Shown piece by piece: positions 49,417 through 61,500 of a stretch of DNA of 64,000 nt (position 1 is the first letter of the stretch; each line of letters opens with the position of its first letter). The DNA comes from Trypanosoma brucei (lineage: Eukaryota). The notes under the pieces are model-generated. The model saw only the letters and a list, made by a program, of their open reading frames with translations. It was not told where the DNA came from and made no database searches. The position numbers and the translations under genes were made by a program. The stretch is taken from the NCBI GenBank assembly GCA_000002445.1, contig CM000208.1, forward strand, positions 512,001-576,000, written 5' to 3'.

Positions 49417-50301
49417 ATGTTCCACAACAGTTACCAGTCGGGGTTTCTTTCCATTCTCTACAGCATTGGATCCCGTCCTCTGCAAATATGGGATACAAAA
49501 GTACGTAATGGCCACGTCAAACGCATTACCGATGAGGATATTCAATCGTCTGTCCTTGAGGTGGTTGGAAACAATGTGAGCACATGTTACATTACTTGCC
49601 CAGTGGATCCCAAGAAAACACTTGGTATTAAGCTTCCTTTCCTCGTGATGATCATCAAGAATCTCAAGAGATATTTCTCTTTCGAGGTGACGATTCTCGA
49701 TGACAAGGGCATTCGTCGTCGCTTCCGTGCCTCCAATTACCAAACAACAACACGGGTGAAGCCGTTTACCTGCACGATGCCGATGCGTTTGGATGAGGGG
49801 TGGAATCAGATTCAATTCAACTTAGCGGACTTCACGCGGCGTGCGTACGGTACGAATTATCTCGAAACGCTACGCGTGCAACTTCATGCGAACTGCCGCG
49901 TTCGCCGGTTGTACTTCAGTGACCGCCTCTACTCTGAGGAGGAGCTGCCACCGGAGTTTAAGTTGTTCCTCCCTATTGCACAGCAGCAGCAACAGCAACA
50001 GCAACAACAGCAACAGCAGCAACACATGCAGAAACAAGCGCCTCCTGAACCTCAACAGCAACAACATCACCAACAACAACAGGTGCATTCGGAGGCTCAC
50101 CAACAGCAACAAGCGCCCCCGGAAGCTCAACATCAACAGGCGCATTCGGAGGCTCACCAACAGCAACAGTACCAACAGCAAGTGCAGCACTCACAGTTTC
50201 AAGATGCCGCACCACCGTCCCAACAGCAGACACATGAGGAAATGCCTCAGGGTGAAGAGGAGGAACAGCAGCAACAAACGTCACCAGTAGAGGGCGCTTA
50301 G
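49417..50301 (+). CDS. CFAP20: CFAP20 / BUG22 (flagellar/ciliary associated protein 20, DUF667) with a long Gln-rich C-terminal extension
   Basis: [186 protein letters not shown] is near-identical to the metazoan/Chlamydomonas CFAP20 core. About 110 aa of Q/H/A-rich tail are encoded by CAG/CAA repeats (49981-50280). Confidence 0.92.
   Translation: MFHNSYQSGFLSILYSIGSRPLQIWDTKVRNGHVKRITDEDIQSSVLEVVGNNVSTCYITCPVDPKKTLGIKLPFLVMIIKNLKRYFSFEVTILDDKGIRRRFRASNYQTTTRVKPFTCTMPMRLDEGWNQIQFNLADFTRRAYGTNYLETLRVQLHANCRVRRLYFSDRLYSEEELPPEFKLFLPIAQQQQQQQQQQQQQQHMQKQAPPEPQQQQHHQQQQVHSEAHQQQQAPPEAQHQQAHSEAHQQQQYQQQVQHSQFQDAAPPSQQQTHEEMPQGEEEEQQQQTSPVEGA
49981..50060 (+). repeat. Imperfect (CAG/CAA)n coding repeat giving the poly-Gln tail of CFAP20
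   Basis: cagcagcagcaacagcaacagcaacaacagcaacagcagcaacac... Confidence 0.9.
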
Positions 50302-52863
50302 AGGGGAACATATAAAAATGGTGCGCAGACTGTTTTTTTTTGTGTGTGTGTGTGTTTATGCGCTCGCGTGCGAGTTTCTGTGTGTGTGTGTGTGTGCGTG
50401 GAGGGAGAGATTTTTGGCGCTTCCTCATTGTTGTGTAGGCTGTGGCCGTTATTTATGGAGTGCGTTTCTGCTCCTATGTTCTTTCTTCGGTTGTTTGTTT
50501 GTTTTCGTTTTTGTTCCTCTTTTTTTCCTTCTCTCTCTACACGCACAATCTATCACTTTTACACATGCCTATACGCATGTTCTCATACCCGCACTTACAG
50601 GCAAACGAAAATAAACTAAATTCGTAAGGTGCGGCATCTAGAAGCGTTTTGTTTTCGAAAATGAAACAAACGCAGAAATAAGAAAAATGAAGAAAGAAGG
50701 TATGTAACTGTGCATGAAACAGAAGTGGAACGCGTCACACAATCACATGGAAGAGGTAGAGGAGTGAAAAGTGATTTTTTTAAAAAAAAAGAAAGGAGAG
50801 AAGAAAATAACTGTACATCTGAAATAGATGATAGAGAGAAAGAAAGAAAGAAAGAGGAAATACGAACATAAAGACCGCGTCAGATGTTGAGTGCACACCT
50901 ATGTCTGTGGGTGGAAGAGGGAAATCGAATTGAAGGGTTTCAGGTAATGCAATTGTGATCTCTCGTCCGAATTTTTCTCATTCTCATCTTCTCTTCAATC
51001 CTTTTCTACATTATTCGAAGCAGGTATCTTTCTTTAATTCTGTTTGTAGACGTGTGCGAACTCTCCCCCCTTTATTTTGCTCTAAATGTTGGGTTTATTT
51101 CCTCTTTAAGTCCGTTTGTCCTCCTCTTTTCAACCTTTTCATTTCATGACTGCATCACAACTCGCGCAATGAATGAATGCATGATGAAACTAATTGAGCA
51201 GAAGGGAAGGATGGTTAAGTATCCCATCTTTTTTATTTTTCGGTCATGATTCTTTCCTTTCCTTCCCGTTCTGCTTCGTTCGAGGTTTGACGGATGAGTG
51301 AGAAGGTGCTGAAAAGACCCAGGGTTGATGAAACGCTTTTATGGGAAACCTATTTTTTTTTTTATTTCTTCTCAGTTAAACCGAGAAGGAATAAAAAACT
51401 TGTGACGAGTCAGCGGACGGAAGGGATTGGTGTATGTAGCGTTGTCCACTCCTTGTGTGGGAGCAATTAGACATAACCGTAACACCACTACTTACACCAA
51501 TCCCGTCCGTACAAATGCACATACACACACATACACACTCACTCACATTATGATCCCATAATAAATGTATAAGATGGAAGTTATTTGTGTGTCAGATGTG
51601 GGTGTTGTCGTATATATGTATAATCCAAACTTGGGCAAAAGGGCAAAGGGGGGAGAGGAGGGAGAGCAGGAAGAAAAGGAGGTTGACGGAAGGAAGGAAT
51701 TGGCTGAAGGAGTGAATGAAGGAAATAGAAGAGAATAAACGAATCATTTATTTACATACGTGCCTGAAATGGGATTTACTTTTACCTGCATCGCATGCCA
51801 TGGAACTCTCAGCCGGTGTGACCAAGTTAACAATGTGCGTTTTGTACTTGATGGGTTACCGTGCCGTCACACCGCATTTCCAACGTTTGTTCGCATTTTC
51901 TCATTTCTAGTTTTCTTTGCTTTTCCTTTACATTTTGTGAAATTGTGTCATCACCCATGATGTGTTCGCATGCATTTGTTTTCTTTCTATCTATCTTTAA
52001 ATGATGTATATTGATGTTCCAATGTTTAAATAGTCGCCCCGCATTGGGGAATAGAGAAGAAGGGGCAGAGAAAGAAAGTGAAGGAGAAAAATGGTGGGCT
52101 ACCTTGAGTCTCACCATGTATCCGCATATTGCTACTGTGAGCATGGCGGGATATTGCCTTTTTCTTCTGTTTCCACCCCAACGAAAAAAAAAAACATATG
52201 CTCCTTCTATTTCTCTTTTTTTCCCTTTGCTTCTTGTTTTTCTTGTTGACGCGTTCCTAGACGAATCGGCTTGAATTGGACGGCTGCAGCGCAGCTTTTT
52301 AAATCGAGTAATAATAATTATATATATATATACTACTTTTCAGCTATTAGGACACGATATACGAGGTAGCAAAATTAAATAAAATTTACAGCCTACACAA
52401 ACGCATCTAACTCGCCATTGCCACCTTCTAAGGGTGAAGAGGGGGAGCGATCGTTTGCACATTTTTCAGTTAATCATTACACAGATCATAGAGAAGCTAC
52501 AGGCTAGATAGAATTTATTATCATAGTCATACGCCTCTTTGTCTTCTTTGCCAACCGCTGGCAACAAAGAGGCTTATTGAAAGCACATATATTCTCACAT
52601 AGAAAGCGAGAGCGGAGTGTGAAGTCTCTTAGCGCGGTATACCACCAGACGTGTTAGCGCAATCGCGCGTGGAAATCAACTTCTTTTCCCGCGTTTTTGA
52701 GTTTGTGAAAATAGTAAAACACACGTAAGGTACAGTATCAATTATCCACGCGTGTGTCTGTGGCGTATTTGGCGGCGGTAAAATTTATCATTTTCAGTTT
52801 GAAGCAACGGAGAACAGGGGGGAGGGGAAATTGTAATATTTCCAACAGAGGAGCGGACTATCA

Positions 52864-53880
52864 ATGAGCCGTGTGCCGCATCCTTCTGGGGTTGACATTT
52901 TATTCGACAGCAAATGGCATCAGTACAAAATCGGCAACTGTGCCCTCCGCTCCGTCTCAAAACTTCTCGACAAACACTTTCCATTTGATGAGAAGCGAGC
53001 TCTTGCGGCGGTGGCTAAGAAGACAGGTCAGACGACAGAGGAGGTGAAGGCCAGTTGGAATAGGCAGGCGCTTCTGGGGAAAAATATCCACGAATACATT
53101 GAGTGTAAACTGCGCGGCCTTCCACCCCCAACCTGGACACTGTTACTCAAGAAAAAGCGGAGGAAGGAAGATGTGTTCCGCCATCAGGACATCCGAGAAG
53201 GCAGCAAAAAGAAGAAAAAGGACAAGAAAAGTGATGGTGACTCCGAAGGGTCTGAGGGAAGTGATGGGAAGAAACATGCATCGCGAGGAAGCAAAAGCCT
53301 TATTGATACGCTGTTGCATGGAGAGGAGGAGGCTTATATGGTGGTAGCGGATCGTGTGGTGGAAACTATTGAGTGCAATTATGATATCATAGCCGTTGAG
53401 CAAGTTATTGCTAGCGTGCCGTGGGGAATAGCGGGGACGGTAGACCTCATCGCACGCAACAAGCGGACTGGTAGATTACTTATTGGAGATTGGAAAACAA
53501 GCGGCACTGTCGCAAGCAGCTTTCGTTTCAGTCCCTTCGAAACACCGTGCACTGGATGTCTCCTACATTTGCCCAATAGCCGGTTTCATCGTTACGCCAT
53601 GCAAGTTGCCATCTATGGTGAGATCCTGAAGAATGATCAGTACTTAGAAAAGGGGTTCTTCGGCAAGAAAATAGAACCTCTGAACAAAGACATAGGGGAG
53701 ATCAACTTAAGTCCTGCGATGGTCAACGAAGCCCTGGAGTACGGCATTGTTCAGATGCAGAAGAATGATGCGGGTAGTGTTTGTGTAGAATTCAAGGAGG
53801 TGAAGGAATCCACCGTTATGCCCGTAGATGCAACTGATTGCACCTTTTTGCAGCTTCTGCACAGCGTTATGCGAGGATGA
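52864..53880 (+). CDS. PD-(D/E)XK-superfamily nuclease-like protein (MGME1/Cas4/RecB-exonuclease-like fold), putative
   Basis: 338 aa. Motif arrangement: VDILFDSKWHQYKIGNCALRSV (N-terminal motif), IAVEQVIASVPWGIAGTVDLIARNKRTGRLLIGDWKTSG (D...E/D-x-K core), HRYAMQVAIYGEIL (C-terminal QxxxY-like motif). Lys/Glu/Ser-rich insertion KKKRRKEDVFRHQDIREGSKKKKKDKKSDGDSEGSEGSDGKKH. Confidence 0.45.
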   Translation: MSRVPHPSGVDILFDSKWHQYKIGNCALRSVSKLLDKHFPFDEKRALAAVAKKTGQTTEEVKASWNRQALLGKNIHEYIECKLRGLPPPTWTLLLKKKRRKEDVFRHQDIREGSKKKKKDKKSDGDSEGSEGSDGKKHASRGSKSLIDTLLHGEEEAYMVVADRVVETIECNYDIIAVEQVIASVPWGIAGTVDLIARNKRTGRLLIGDWKTSGTVASSFRFSPFETPCTGCLLHLPNSRFHRYAMQVAIYGEILKNDQYLEKGFFGKKIEPLNKDIGEINLSPAMVNEALEYGIVQMQKNDAGSVCVEFKEVKESTVMPVDATDCTFLQLLHSVMRG

Positions 53881-54941
53881 TGATTCGTTAAATCATATAT
53901 GCGTATGTGCATATATATATATATATATAACAACGAAAGGACAATGAAGTATGAGCAAACATCAGTGGTGTAGCGATTAGGCATTTTGAAGGAAGTGTAG
54001 TGGCTGTAGTAAGGTTCTTGAAAATAGAAATACAGATGCGTGGGTATTCTCTTCCCCGTCAGCAGATAAATATAGAAAAAAACATTAAAGCTCCCCCTCT
54101 GCTCTATCGTCCGTTGGTTTTGTAGTCTCTCTATATTTTACCTTGTTATTTTGTCGTTGTACGAAGTATGAAGTGGTGCATTTCACATCACTGTTTTCTC
54201 CCCTACCCTGTTGCATACATATTCTTGTTTCTATCCTTCTCTTAACTATGTTTTCTCCCCTTTTTTTTATTTCTTTGATCTAATTCCTTCGGTTTGCGTC
54301 ACAATCGTTACGAAGGGGGTGTAACGCAACCTTCCGGCTGTTCCATACGACTGCTGTAGCATAAAAAGGCGTAGGAATCTTAGGGGCATACCATAACAAC
54401 GAAAAAGGGGCTGCTGTAGGGGAAGGCAAAGCGGGAGTGCAAGAAAGAAAGAAAGAAAGAAAGAAGGAGGCGAAGAAAAAAATAAAATAAAGGAATCAAA
54501 ACTGCTTAAGAGACCCTGGTAGTGGCTTCGCAACATAAACAAACGCACCTTTATTTTTTTACATTGGAGTTATTAGGGGAAGTTGTTATTGTACGTGGGC
54601 GAAGCGCGTGCATACTTGTGCGAATTTTGTCTTCATTTTTTGTTTCAGTTATTTTTTTCTTTTTGTGACTAAATTACTTCGTTTTATTTGTTTTCCAGCT
54701 CACCAGGATACCTGCTGACGGTATTTATTAAATTTGTCTTCACTGCACGATATTAGTAATATTGTGATTGTTATTGTTATTAACGTTATTATCGGATCTG
54801 GTTACTGAACCGGTGTCTGCGCACAAGGACCAGTCACCTCTTGGTTCTCCGTTCCATTCGCTTTGCGCACTATACTTCCAACCGGAGAGAAGTTCCCCGA
54901 AAAAAAAAGAAAATTAATTTAAATTAAATTAAAAAACGGAA

Positions 54942-56930
54942 ATGGGGGGAAGTTATTCCACGGTTAAAACGCAGCGGGAGTTGAGGAATGCTGACTTGAA
55001 GGTCTCACCTAAGTCTCCAAATTCATTTGGAAGAGGCGATGTGCGACCAACTCCATCAAAGGCACTCCCGAGTGCCGCAAGAGGTACGTTGCCTACACGC
55101 GTTGCTCAGGTTAAAGTCCAGCGAGAGCAGGGGCAAGATGAGGGCGCATCGCGAGCACAGGAGTCATCATTTCAGGCTTTGCCTCATCTTCCTACTTCAC
55201 GGAGCCAATCCTTTTCGAATGTAGCACAAAAGTGTGGTCCGCTATCGGGTACACCAAATACGCCATCAACGTCGTTGTACCGAAGCAACATTCTGTCACC
55301 TTCTTCCACCACAGTAAATGGTGGTGTGTTCGGTTCTCCCTCGACCACCGCCATACCGACGCGTTCATCACCCTCTCAGACGCAATACTTGGAAATCAGT
55401 GGTTATCCAGTGGGATTGGAGAACTATGGTAACACCTGTTACTTCAATGCAGTGCTGCAGTTGCTTTACCACTGTTCTCCACTGCGCATGCGTATGCTAG
55501 AGCTTAATGCGATATACGAGAAGAAAAAGGGCAGTTCGCGGTTCGATAGTAGCACCATACTTGCGCTCACAGCAGACCTTTTTGCGAAGATGCATAAAGT
55601 GAACAATAACAAGAAGCGGCAAAAGGGTGTCCCGACACCGCGGGGTTTGCTCAACAGAGTGCGGCAGCTCAACTCTATGTTCAACAACAATCATCAACAC
55701 GATGCACATGAGTTTGCCATGTTTCTCCTGAACGAACTTGTTGAGACTGAGTCTCATTTGATGTCTGACGAAAGGAATCGGACACTCTTCATGCGGGATG
55801 AGGGAAAAGAATCGAAGACATCACAATGGTTTTCTTCCCTCTGGTCTCGTCGACAGAAAGAAACCAAAAAAGGTGCGGAAAGATCACAATCCGATGTGAA
55901 GGAAGCAAATGAGTCATGCACAACGGTGGACTGTCTTGAACTCCCGCGAATCTTTAGCGAGGGTGAGGTGTGTGCCATGAAACTCCCTTCATTGACGAGG
56001 TTGAAGAGCAGTGACTTTTCAGACGGGGTTGGTGGCACAAGTTTGTACTCCACTTCTGGTTGGGATTGGGGCGCTCCACCTTCTCTGGAAAAGATTTTAA
56101 CTGGTCAGTTTGTATCGCTTACGGGATGCTGCGAGTGTGAGAATGTGTCCGTTACCCGTGAGGCGTTCATTGATATTGGCCTGAATGTCGTGCAGGGTTC
56201 ATCGCTGCGTCGGTGCGTGGAAGAGTTGAGTGTCACGGAGGTTTTTGATGGAGAAAACAAAATGAATTGTGAGCGGTGCGGAAAAAAAGTTGCAGCACGG
56301 CGTGCCATGTGGATTAATCGGCTGCCTGAATATGCTTTGTTGGTGCACCTCAAGCGCTTTCACTACGACGAGAAGACTGGAAAAATGAGAAAACGAAGCG
56401 AGCACATCGCCCTCCCGCGGGAGATTGATGTTGTGGAATATGAACCATGTGGAGAAAAGTGCAATGAAGCGGCTGGTGATGGATCATTTTGTTGCGAAGA
56501 GGACACCTCTGGACCGGAATTCCGCCGCCCCTTGACATCTTCTCCCGTACAATCGACATTAGCAGGGATCGCATCTTCAAATGATGCGGGTTGTAGTAAC
56601 AGCTGCATTGGCTCCAGCTGCGGTGATATCAATAGTACAACCACTACGTCTGAGCCACATTTTCGGCTGCTTCAGAAGTTGCATGTCATGCCGCGTTGCA
56701 AAGGCCGCTTTGCTTTAAGTGGTTTCGTCGCCCACCGTGGAAGCGGACTCAGCTCTGGGCATTATTTTACATGTGTTCGTCATGAAAGTGCGTGGCGCTG
56801 CTTCGATGACAACAACGTGACGGAACTAACGGACCGCGAGATGCAGCGTTTCTGGGGCACGCCAGTGGATTTGGGCGAAGTTGTCACCACCACCACGGCA
56901 TATTTGCTTCTGTACGAGCGAGTTGCGTAA
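54942..56930 (+). CDS. Ubiquitin carboxyl-terminal hydrolase (USP/UBP family cysteine peptidase C19)
   Basis: Cys box GLENYGNTCYFNAVLQLLYH, QQDAHEF-like NNHQHDAHEFAMFLLNEL, His box SGHYFTCVRHESAWRCFDDNNVTEL. The N-terminus MGGSYST fits the N-myristoylation consensus (M-G-x-x-x-S). Confidence 0.88.
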   Translation: MGGSYSTVKTQRELRNADLKVSPKSPNSFGRGDVRPTPSKALPSAARGTLPTRVAQVKVQREQGQDEGASRAQESSFQALPHLPTSRSQSFSNVAQKCGPLSGTPNTPSTSLYRSNILSPSSTTVNGGVFGSPSTTAIPTRSSPSQTQYLEISGYPVGLENYGNTCYFNAVLQLLYHCSPLRMRMLELNAIYEKKKGSSRFDSSTILALTADLFAKMHKVNNNKKRQKGVPTPRGLLNRVRQLNSMFNNNHQHDAHEFAMFLLNELVETESHLMSDERNRTLFMRDEGKESKTSQWFSSLWSRRQKETKKGAERSQSDVKEANESCTTVDCLELPRIFSEGEVCAMKLPSLTRLKSSDFSDGVGGTSLYSTSGWDWGAPPSLEKILTGQFVSLTGCCECENVSVTREAFIDIGLNVVQGSSLRRCVEELSVTEVFDGENKMNCERCGKKVAARRAMWINRLPEYALLVHLKRFHYDEKTGKMRKRSEHIALPREIDVVEYEPCGEKCNEAAGDGSFCCEEDTSGPEFRRPLTSSPVQSTLAGIASSNDAGCSNSCIGSSCGDINSTTTTSEPHFRLLQKLHVMPRCKGRFALSGFVAHRGSGLSSGHYFTCVRHESAWRCFDDNNVTELTDREMQRFWGTPVDLGEVVTTTTAYLLLYERVA

Positions 56931-56984
56931 ATATATATACATTTTTTCTTGTGGGTAGTGCCGCCCCATCCGCCCATGCACATA

Positions 56985-56985
56985 T

Positions 56986-57023
<38 letters not shown>
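56985..57023. repeat. Compound (CA)n(TA)n microsatellite
   Basis: cacacacacacacaca tatatatatatatatatatatat just 3' of the USP gene. Confidence 0.95.
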
Positions 57024-58563
57024 GTACGTACATGCAGATAAAGGAGTGTTAGTGTGGAGTAATTGGTGTAACATGGGTTGCTCAACAAAAGAATAATAGT
57101 GAGAGAATAAGTAAAGCAAGCGGGAAGTTGTATTATTAGTTTTTTGCAGTTGTCGCTCGATGTCTTCTTATTTTCTTTTCATTTACCTCCATCGCTTATC
57201 CTTTTTCGTTTCCATGAGTACTTTCCGGTTTTGTTGTTGTTCTTGAGTGTGTCAGTGCACGGGTACTTTCATGACATTTTGTAGCCTCATTCTTTTCTTC
57301 TCTTCATTTCTCGCCATCCGTTAGAATCGTCCGAAAATCTGCTGCGCCTACTGGTCGTATTTTTTCTTTTTTCTTTTTTATAGAGTTAAGGCCATCAGTG
57401 CTGCTGCTCCGACGCACCTTTACGCAGTAATTAAGTAAGTAATGAACATAAGGGCGAGGAAATGGGTGGGGATTTGCGTCAGTGCTTTTGTGCTGCTGCC
57501 GAGCGTTTCCTCACGCGAGTGAAGTTCTACGCATTCATGTGATATTTAAATTTTTCCCTTATTTATTTATTTCTCTATCTGATTTCGACGCACGGCATGC
57601 AGCAGTTGTGTGTGTGTTTCGCCGTTGACGGAAGGGGACGATGTTGTGGTAAGTGACGGAGTGAAGCGGGGAGAAAATGAAAGTAAGAGTCAAACTGATG
57701 TTGGAGGATATTAGCTAAAGAGAAGAGGTGAAAAAGGATGGGACAACGGGTTATTTTCTTTTAAACAACAATCTACACACACACAAAAAAACAAACAAAC
57801 ACGTATTTCTTTATATTTTATCGGCATAATTATCATTTTTTTTTCCTCTTGACTACACTGTAGCATCTGTACATAGTCCTCCATTCGTTGCGTTGAGCGT
57901 TTTTTTTACTTTTTAAAAGTTTAACACGGACCTCGCTGCACGTTGTGCACGTGCATGTTTTAATTGCGATATTTTTTCGGTCACCTTGTGTTGTTTTCGC
58001 TTTTGCTTTTGTTGTTGTCGTTTTTTTTCTTTTTACTACTTACTTGGTTTATTCTGCTCTCCTCACGTTTTCATTCATGCGTTTCTTTGCTGAGTGTCAA
58101 CATGAGTGTGTTTCGGGATGTTGTTGCCTAAGAGCTTTTTATATATGGTACATGATACACAAATGAAAAAGTAAATAATAAATATATTTATTATTTATTT
58201 ATACTAGTGGTGCCTATTTATGTGTGTGTTTAGTGATAATGCATCGCGTTCGTTTTACACCCCCTCGTATTTTTTTCTGCGCACACGTTTTCATACCTCT
58301 TTGTGTCGATGAATATGTTGTGCTGCAACTCAACGGGGGTGGTGGTGGGCAAATTATACTAAAAAAATAAGTAAAGACACAGACGCATTGGCGAATAGTT
58401 AATATGGAAATGAATATATGCACATCATGTATTTACCTCATGTTCCCTTTCATTCTACTCTTTCTCCATGAATTTCCGTTTTTGCAACATGAAAAATAAA
58501 TAAGAGAAGCGGCACAAAGGTCTACGTGAGAAGGGGGGGGATCGAAAAAGAAAAGAAAACGAC

Positions 58564-61500
58564 ATGATGCGGAGGACTCTTCGTTGTATGATTCCCGCTG
58601 CTTCCAGTTCATCCACCTCCATTGCAGCGATTCGGAGGCGGCAGCAGCAGCAGCGACATCATTCTCAAGGTCAAACTAACTGGAGATGTGCTCCAACTTT
58701 TAATGAGTCGAATGTGTTAACTGAAACTAACGCGTCTGCTGCCGTAAGGTCTGGCAGTTCAAAGTCCTTATGGCTTTGTGAGGCGCGTCAGGTGACACTG
58801 TCCGATGTCAAGCGTGACTATATCAGCAAGCGGTTGTTGGATAAGAAGACGCGTTTTGTTGTGCGACAGCGGCTTCGTGAGGGAGGTGCAACATCAAATT
58901 TCTTTCCGTTACTTTTTAGCCAACCCATCGTATTGTACTCATACGAAATCGAAGCCACACGCCGTCCTTTGCACGCATTGAAAGCACCCAGTGGGGAGGA
59001 AGTGCCACCACAGTGTAGCGGAGGTAAAACGGGAAAGACAAGGAAGGGGAAAAGTAAAATTACAGCACCTGAAAAAATATCGTCGGTACCTGTGAGACGG
59101 GTGGAGTGCTCTCGGGCGTGGAGGGCTGTGCAACGGTACCTAAGGCGTTGCCTCCCAAATGCACCGCCGCTTGTTAATCTCCGGCAACAAATTTACACAA
59201 CCGCTCCACTTCCAGTTGTTGCTCTGCAGCTACCACCCGAGTGCCTGGACTTAGGATGGGTGGAGTGCAAGCTGCATTTCAGGGGAAAGACCAAACTTAC
59301 TGAAATGGATTCTGCGGAAATGCAGGAGACTGTCAATAAGATTGTGTTGTGGGCGCTGAGGAATGGTGGGTCTAACCAAAAAGGACATCAGTTTTGCGTG
59401 GCGAGGGAAGCTAATGGGAAGGTTGTTCATATACACGACGCTGTGTCGGTGGACGGCCTCCGTGTTTTCAAGGGGACTTTGATTCGGGCCACGTTTGTTA
59501 GCTCTGGAGACGATGCAGAAGATGTGCCGTCGCCGGCTGTTGTACTGCCACCGTCGACCGCTGTGCTTAAGACATTAGCAGCAGGTGATTATGGTGCCAA
59601 AAAACTGCGTTTCGTCGTGGAGGAGTTTGTGCGAGGTTTCGTCTTCAAGGAGCGAAACGTGCATAGCTACAAAATTGCTGACGCCTCCGGCACCACGCAG
59701 GCATCGCTTTGGGATGCAACGGAGGAGACGAAGCTAAAGGTCGGTTGTATTTACGAGGTGACAGACTACCGCGTGCGGGTGTTTGAATCTCATAATGGCA
59801 TGCGTCTCGTGGAGATGACAGTGGGGAAGACAGGTTTCAACGTTGTTATGTCGCAGCAAGATGAGGTTACAACAGGAGAAGAGGCGGACGATAACGGGAA
59901 GGCTAAAAGCAAGGAGAGCCGAAAGGATGTTAAGAAACTCCGTAGTAAATGTGGTAAGGAGGCGTCAGCAGGCGAGGAGAGAAAGCATCAGCATCAACAA
60001 ATTGAAAAGGATGAAGCAAAACGGACAATGAAGAATACTAGTGACTGTGGTTCATTACCTCACTGCACAGGGAAACTTACTCTCAAAATTGATACCAAAT
60101 GCACCGTTGCAACCGAACTTTCATTATGGGAGGAGGTCAAACAGCATTTTGGCAGAGGCCCGTACGACCCAGCGATGGAGGAGCGAATTGCGCGCTCAGT
60201 TCAGGGAACCCCTGTGGTAATATCCACGACTCTAAGACACTCTATTGTCCGTCTCGTTAGATTTAACATGGTTGCAACTGAAGTGAATCTCGAGCCCACG
60301 CTGCAGCACTTAATACGAGAGTTAGAACCAGGGCAACCGTATGCCGTACTCGTGGACTATTCCGTCGTACCGCTTCAAGCCCTACATTGCTGTTACGACC
60401 CGCGAACGCGATCCTGGCAAGATACCAGCGTCACCGCCTGCTCTTTCATGCCTTCACAACGCCTTGAAATCCTTGAGCTGTTTCGTGCCAAATTGGAGAG
60501 CGCTATGCAGCCGTGGGGTATTACGGTTGCACCAAAACCACTGTTATCAAAGGCGCTCTCCCTCTTACCGGCGCCACAAAAGGTTTCTCCATTTGCGAAG
60601 AAACAGACGAATGACACTTCCATTGTTAACGACAACAGCAACGGCCGCCTCCGGAGTGTCGCTCCGAGTGGTTCCGTACCGCTGCGGCATCCTCCTCCCC
60701 CATCGTCACCCACAACAACTGCTGTTGTTGGAATTATTGCCTCTCACGCAAGCGAAGAGGAATCAAGTCGTGTGAAGCAGACAACGCAAGCCATAGGTCG
60801 TTACTGTCGTAGCACTACTGTCATCACAGTTCCTGATGAGCAAGAAGCGGTGCGCTACCTTGTGCAGCAGTTAATCAGTGCTGGCACAGAGGAATTGCGG
60901 GACCCCAACACTGCTGCTGTCATCGTTACGAACGAACGGGAAACACGGTTGGTAAGGTGGATGCAGGCGGAGTGCCTCACGCGTGGGATTTTGCCCCTTT
61001 TTGTGCCCCCCTGTGCTTCACCAAAACAACAGCAATTGCGTTGTGAGAACATTCGGTTGCGATTGCGTACAGTGTTTGCTACCGACCCTCTGCGTGGTGT
61101 TGATCTACAGCGTGAGGTTCCAGCAGTTGCTCAGCGACGTGTGCTTCTTGTCGGCGTCGATTCTTGTCACACACCAACTGTAAGCACTGGCAGCGTTGTG
61201 GGGATTTTGTGTACTGCGGAACGTAATCATTTGTTACCGTTCTTCTGGAAACATGAGAGACGTGGCCAGGAGGTGGAGCTAGTCTCAGAGCACTTTGAAG
61301 TTCTCATTAGCCGCGCCATGGAGTTATATGACGGTTTGGATGACGTGGTGGTTTTTCAGGATGGTGATGTTTACAGTGAGATGTCGGCAATGCAGGCACA
61401 TCTTCCGGTGGGCTGCGGTTTCACTTTCGCATGCCTTCACAAGCGTTCGGACGTGCGATTTGTCCACGAATTTCGGGGTGAAGCCAACACTTCCGGTAGC

